DNA of 63,772 bases, the filler included, from a bacterium (GTDB lineage Bacteria > UBP15 > UBA6099 > JAJRTR01): the NCBI GenBank assembly GCA_024278215.1. It is 3 parts of 3 records of this genome, joined end to end, with 100 filler letters (N's around TTAATTAATTAA, not from the genome) between each part and the next. Parts side by side here need not be neighbours in the genome. Positions count along the whole stretch, not along the records: positions 60,273 to 63,772 come from JAJRTR010000189.1; 2 more parts are not named here. The stretch is one strand, 5' to 3'. The notes beneath the pieces are model-generated. The model did not search any database. It saw only the letters and a program-made list of their open reading frames with translations, and was not told the origin of the DNA. The position numbers and the translations under genes are program-made. Below are positions 60,645 to 63,772 of this stretch, piece after piece (position 1 is the stretch's first letter; every line of letters begins with the position of its first letter).

Positions 60645-60769
60645 AAACTCTGTGTGCCGTGCTCAAACCGCTTTTGATAGCGCACGAACATCAGTGCCGG
60701 TAGAACTGTAGCGCGGGTTCGTCAGAACCCGCAAAAAAGACACTGGATTCCTGACTTCGCAGGAATGAC
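60645..60769. repeat. Cluster of REP-like palindromes (module D, GTAG-hairpin, GGATTCC..GGAATGAC)
   Basis: 60645-60688 is an inverted copy of 22761-22804; GTAGCGCGGGTTCGTCAGAACCCGC at 60708; GGATTCCTGACTTCGCAGGAATGAC at 60745. Confidence 0.65.
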
Positions 60770-61028
60770 ACAAATTAATACCTCAGAGATAGCTCGGGGG
60801 GCATTCCGGGCTATCCGTGATTCCGGCATACTTGAAGCTCGCCTATGACTTGAAAACATAACCCCGCGAATTTGCTATCCCTTTTTTTACCCTGCTGTCT
60901 CGTTGATAACTGTCATTTTTCAGAATTTTACGGAATTGCTGACATGAAACCGGTTCAGTGGAAAATGATGATCATATCAATTACAATATCTCTGTCGATG
61001 TTTATTGAGGAAAAATGTGTGCTGGAAA

Positions 61029-61056
61029 TTGACAAGTGCGAAAAACACGCTATAAT
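61029..61056 (+). promoter_or_regulatory. Consensus sigma-70 promoter of rplM-rpsI
   Basis: TTGACA-16 nt-TATAAT. Confidence 0.85.
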
Positions 61057-61125
61057 AAGAAGCTTTGACAGATTGTGTGTTAATTAAATGAATACATTAT
61101 GTATAGGCGCAGGAGTGTTCGAGAA

Positions 61126-61566
61126 ATGAAAGCTACAACAACGACATACCCGAAGAAGGAACTCGACAGGAAACAGTTCCTGCTGTACGATGCGGAAGAT
61201 CAGGTGCTGGGCAGGCTTGCCGCGAAAGTGGCGTCCGTGCTCAGGGGCAAGCACAAACCACAGTATCATCCTGCTGTAGATATGGGCGATTATGTGATCG
61301 TGGTGAATGCCGAGAAGATTAAACTCACCGGCAGGAAACTCGAGCAGAAAAAATACTACAGGCATACAGGCTATCCCGGCGGTATCAAGGAAACGAAATA
61401 TGCCGAACTCATTGATAAAAAACCGGAGTTTGTAATACGCAAAGCTGTCAAGGGGATGCTTCCTCACAACAAGCTGGGCCGTCAACTTCTGAAAAAGCTG
61501 AAAGTCTACGCAGGCCCGGATCATCCGCACTCTGCTCAGAATCCGGTGAAGGTGGAACTCAACTAA
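61126..61566 (+). CDS. rplM: 50S ribosomal protein L13
   Basis: [43 protein letters not shown]. Confidence 0.97.
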   Translation: MKATTTTYPKKELDRKQFLLYDAEDQVLGRLAAKVASVLRGKHKPQYHPAVDMGDYVIVVNAEKIKLTGRKLEQKKYYRHTGYPGGIKETKYAELIDKKPEFVIRKAVKGMLPHNKLGRQLLKKLKVYAGPDHPHSAQNPVKVELN

Positions 61567-61597
61567 CAAGACAGCCCCCCGCAACGGGCTTTCATAA

Positions 61598-61996
61598 ATG
61601 GAGAAAGATATGGACAGGTACTACGGAACAGGAAGACGAAAAAACGCGGTCGCCAAAGTTTGGCTGACTCCTGGAAACGGCGTTTTCACAGTCAACGGCA
61701 AGGAAGTGAAAACCTTTTTCAACAGGGACGCGCATCAGATTGAGATATTCGGACCGCTGAAGGATACAGGTATGGAAGGCCGCTTCGACATCAAAGTGGT
61801 GGCAAAGGGCGGCGGTATCAGCGGGCAGGCTGGCGCGATCAGGCTGGGTATTGCTCGCGCTCTCGTGCAGATGGACGAATCGTTGCGCAAACAACTCCGG
61901 GCCAACGGACACATGACCCGCGACCCGAGGATGAAAGAGCGTAAGAAGTTCGGACAGCCGGGTGCTCGTAAACATTACCAGTACTCCAAACGTTAA
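61598..61996 (+). CDS. rpsI: 30S ribosomal protein S9
   Basis: GTGRRK, GGGISGQAGAIRLGIARAL, RDPRMKERKK..QYSKR. Confidence 0.97.
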   Translation: MEKDMDRYYGTGRRKNAVAKVWLTPGNGVFTVNGKEVKTFFNRDAHQIEIFGPLKDTGMEGRFDIKVVAKGGGISGQAGAIRLGIARALVQMDESLRKQLRANGHMTRDPRMKERKKFGQPGARKHYQYSKR

Positions 61997-62300
61997 TCCG
62001 GTTGCGCAGGCCCGACCCCGCTTGAACGGCATTTTTCCGTTCTCGCGGCGGGTCTTCAGTTGACTATCCAGTAAAATATTCAGCAAGTTGTCAGGGTTTG
62101 GGAGCCGGAACGATTGCAGAGATATCCGCTCCCATGTTTTATTTATTAATTCGGGGTATCATTCGCTTCTCAGTCAAATGGCTTGTTATTATGAATGTGC
62201 TGAAGTTTTTTCACGTGCGGGCGGGTATCACAGAAGTCTTTTGTCCGGTGTTGATATGTTTGAACGCATACAATCGAAAACATAAAATCGAGGCGAGACA

Positions 62301-63368
62301 ATGGCGGTCATAAAATACAGCGGCAAAAAACCTGTAAGGGTGGCGGTCGTGGGGGCGTCGGGCTATGCGGGCCTCGAGACGATGCGCATCATCTCCGGCC
62401 ACCCGGCGGCTGAAGTCGTTTTCGCAACTTCAAATACCTACAGCGGCAAGGATGTTCAGGAAGTTTTCCCGCAGTTGAACCTGAGCAGGAAACTGCTGTT
62501 TCAACCACACGAAAAGGCGGAGGCGTTCAGGGGTGCGGACGTTTTTATTCTTTCGCTGCCGCACGGCAAGTCCTACGATATGATCGATTCGCTGCTTGCG
62601 CACGCCGCAGTCGTCGACATAAGTGCCGACTACAGGCTGGCCGACCCGGAGATGTACGAGAAATGGTACGACTACGTGCATCCATGTCCCGACCTGCTGG
62701 AAACGGCCATCTACGGACTTACCGAGATATACAGAAAACTTATAAAAAAGGCGCGTCTTCTGGCAAACCCGGGCTGCTATCCGACAAGTGTCGCGCTTGC
62801 CGTTCATCCGCTGGAGAATGTTTCAGAGTATATAAAGGGTCCGGTGATCATCGACTCGAAATCCGGCTATTCCGGTGCGGGGCGCTCTCCGAAACCGCAT
62901 CTGCTCTTTTCGGAGGCGGTAGACGAATTCACTGTTTACGCGCCAACAGGCCACAGGCATACGTCGGAGATGATACAGGAAGTAAAAAATACGTTCGGAT
63001 GGAACGTGCCCGTAACATTCACTCCGCATCTCATACCTGTTGCGAGGGGAATTCTGAGCACAATATGTATTCCGGTTCAGGGTGATATAAGTGAGAGTAA
63101 GATTCGCGAAACTTATGAAAGTTTTTACAGGGGCGAATCGTTTGTGAAGGTACTGCCCGCCGGTCGAATGCCTTCAATAAAACATGTTCGGGGCACAAAC
63201 ATGTGCCACATGAATCTGTTTCTCGACGAAGACACAAAGATACTGAAACTGGTGTCTGTAATCGACAACCTTGTCAAGGGCGCGGCGGGGCAGGCGGTGC
63301 AGAATATGAACCTGATGTTCGGAGTGCGGGAGACCGCCGGCCTGCTTGCAAATGCAATCATGCCGTGA
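62301..63368 (+). CDS. argC: N-acetyl-gamma-glutamyl-phosphate reductase
   Basis: GASGYAG, ANPGCYPT, SGYSGAGR, FTPHL, IDNLVKGAAGQAVQNMN. Confidence 0.96.
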   Translation: MAVIKYSGKKPVRVAVVGASGYAGLETMRIISGHPAAEVVFATSNTYSGKDVQEVFPQLNLSRKLLFQPHEKAEAFRGADVFILSLPHGKSYDMIDSLLAHAAVVDISADYRLADPEMYEKWYDYVHPCPDLLETAIYGLTEIYRKLIKKARLLANPGCYPTSVALAVHPLENVSEYIKGPVIIDSKSGYSGAGRSPKPHLLFSEAVDEFTVYAPTGHRHTSEMIQEVKNTFGWNVPVTFTPHLIPVARGILSTICIPVQGDISESKIRETYESFYRGESFVKVLPAGRMPSIKHVRGTNMCHMNLFLDEDTKILKLVSVIDNLVKGAAGQAVQNMNLMFGVRETAGLLANAIMP

Positions 63369-63387
63369 AAGAAAGAACGATTGTAAC

Positions 63388-63772
63388 ATGAAGAAAAGGC
63401 TGCAAAAAGAGATCGACGGAATCAAAGGCGTCAGTTGCGTGTCCGGCGGAGTGTGTGCTGTGAAGGGCATATCGGCAAATGGTATCCATTGCGGCATGAA
63501 AACGGGCGACGCTCCGGATATCGCGCTTTTCTATTCGGACACGTCGTTCAGGGCGGCGGCGTTTTATACGAAAAACAAGCTGCTCGGCGCTCATATACCC
63601 ATTTTCAGGAAAACGCTTGCCGCATCTCGCGGAAAGGCGCGTGCTCTGCTCGTAAACAGCAGGATCGCCAACTGCGCCACAGGCGCAAGGGGCGAACTCG
63701 ACAACCTTATGATATGTTCGACGCTCGCGGGCAAGCTGGGTGTTAAACCCGGCAATATCCTTTTTGCTTCCA
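63388..63772 (+). CDS. argJ: Ornithine acetyltransferase/N-acetylglutamate synthase, 5' part
   Basis: Not in the ORF track because it runs off the edge; translates to GGVCAVKG..GIHCGMK..DIAL..LVNSRIANCATG..ILFAS; follows argC. Confidence 0.88.
   Translation, partial: MKKRLQKEIDGIKGVSCVSGGVCAVKGISANGIHCGMKTGDAPDIALFYSDTSFRAAAFYTKNKLLGAHIPIFRKTLAASRGKARALLVNSRIANCATGARGELDNLMICSTLAGKLGVKPGNILFAS

Overview
Bacterial genomic DNA, roughly 50-55% GC by eye; the organism cannot be identified from the sequence. The window is three contigs joined by two artificial 100-nt N-TTAATTAATTAA-N linkers (30067-30166, 60173-60272), so adjacency across the linkers is not biological. Contig 1 carries a 5'-truncated acidic surface protein with a tandem domain duplication, an epimerase, a PfkB kinase, an orphan ECF sigma factor, an FecCD/BtuCD-type ABC pair and a NarX/NarL-type two-component system. 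These are followed by an 11-gene sugar-modification cluster with three radical SAM enzymes, an acyl-CoA dehydrogenase and a chaperone/usher-like pilus locus. Contig 2 carries an IS1634 remnant, ftsH with an extra C-terminal domain, a nicotinamidase-like enzyme, rbgA and purN. It continues with a long minus-strand envelope/signalling run (O-antigen-ligase-TPR, two STAS proteins, BldC-like HTH, acyP, HD-GYP, lytic transglycosylase, pseudo-PP2C-NHL, PP2C-PEGA, mtnA) and a HIRAN-ARPP-1 fusion behind a PafBC/WYL-type promoter. After that come an amidohydrolase, a 1.8-kb AT-rich ORF-poor stretch, a thermonuclease, an acyl-CoA dehydrogenase, a B12 radical SAM-TPR protein and a transposase remnant. 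Contig 3 carries rplM-rpsI-argC and a partial argJ. Intergenic regions hold a modular family of short palindromic MITE/REP-like repeats, several placed at the TA of stop codons. No rRNA, tRNA or CRISPR array was seen. Domain names come from motif recognition only; no database search was run.
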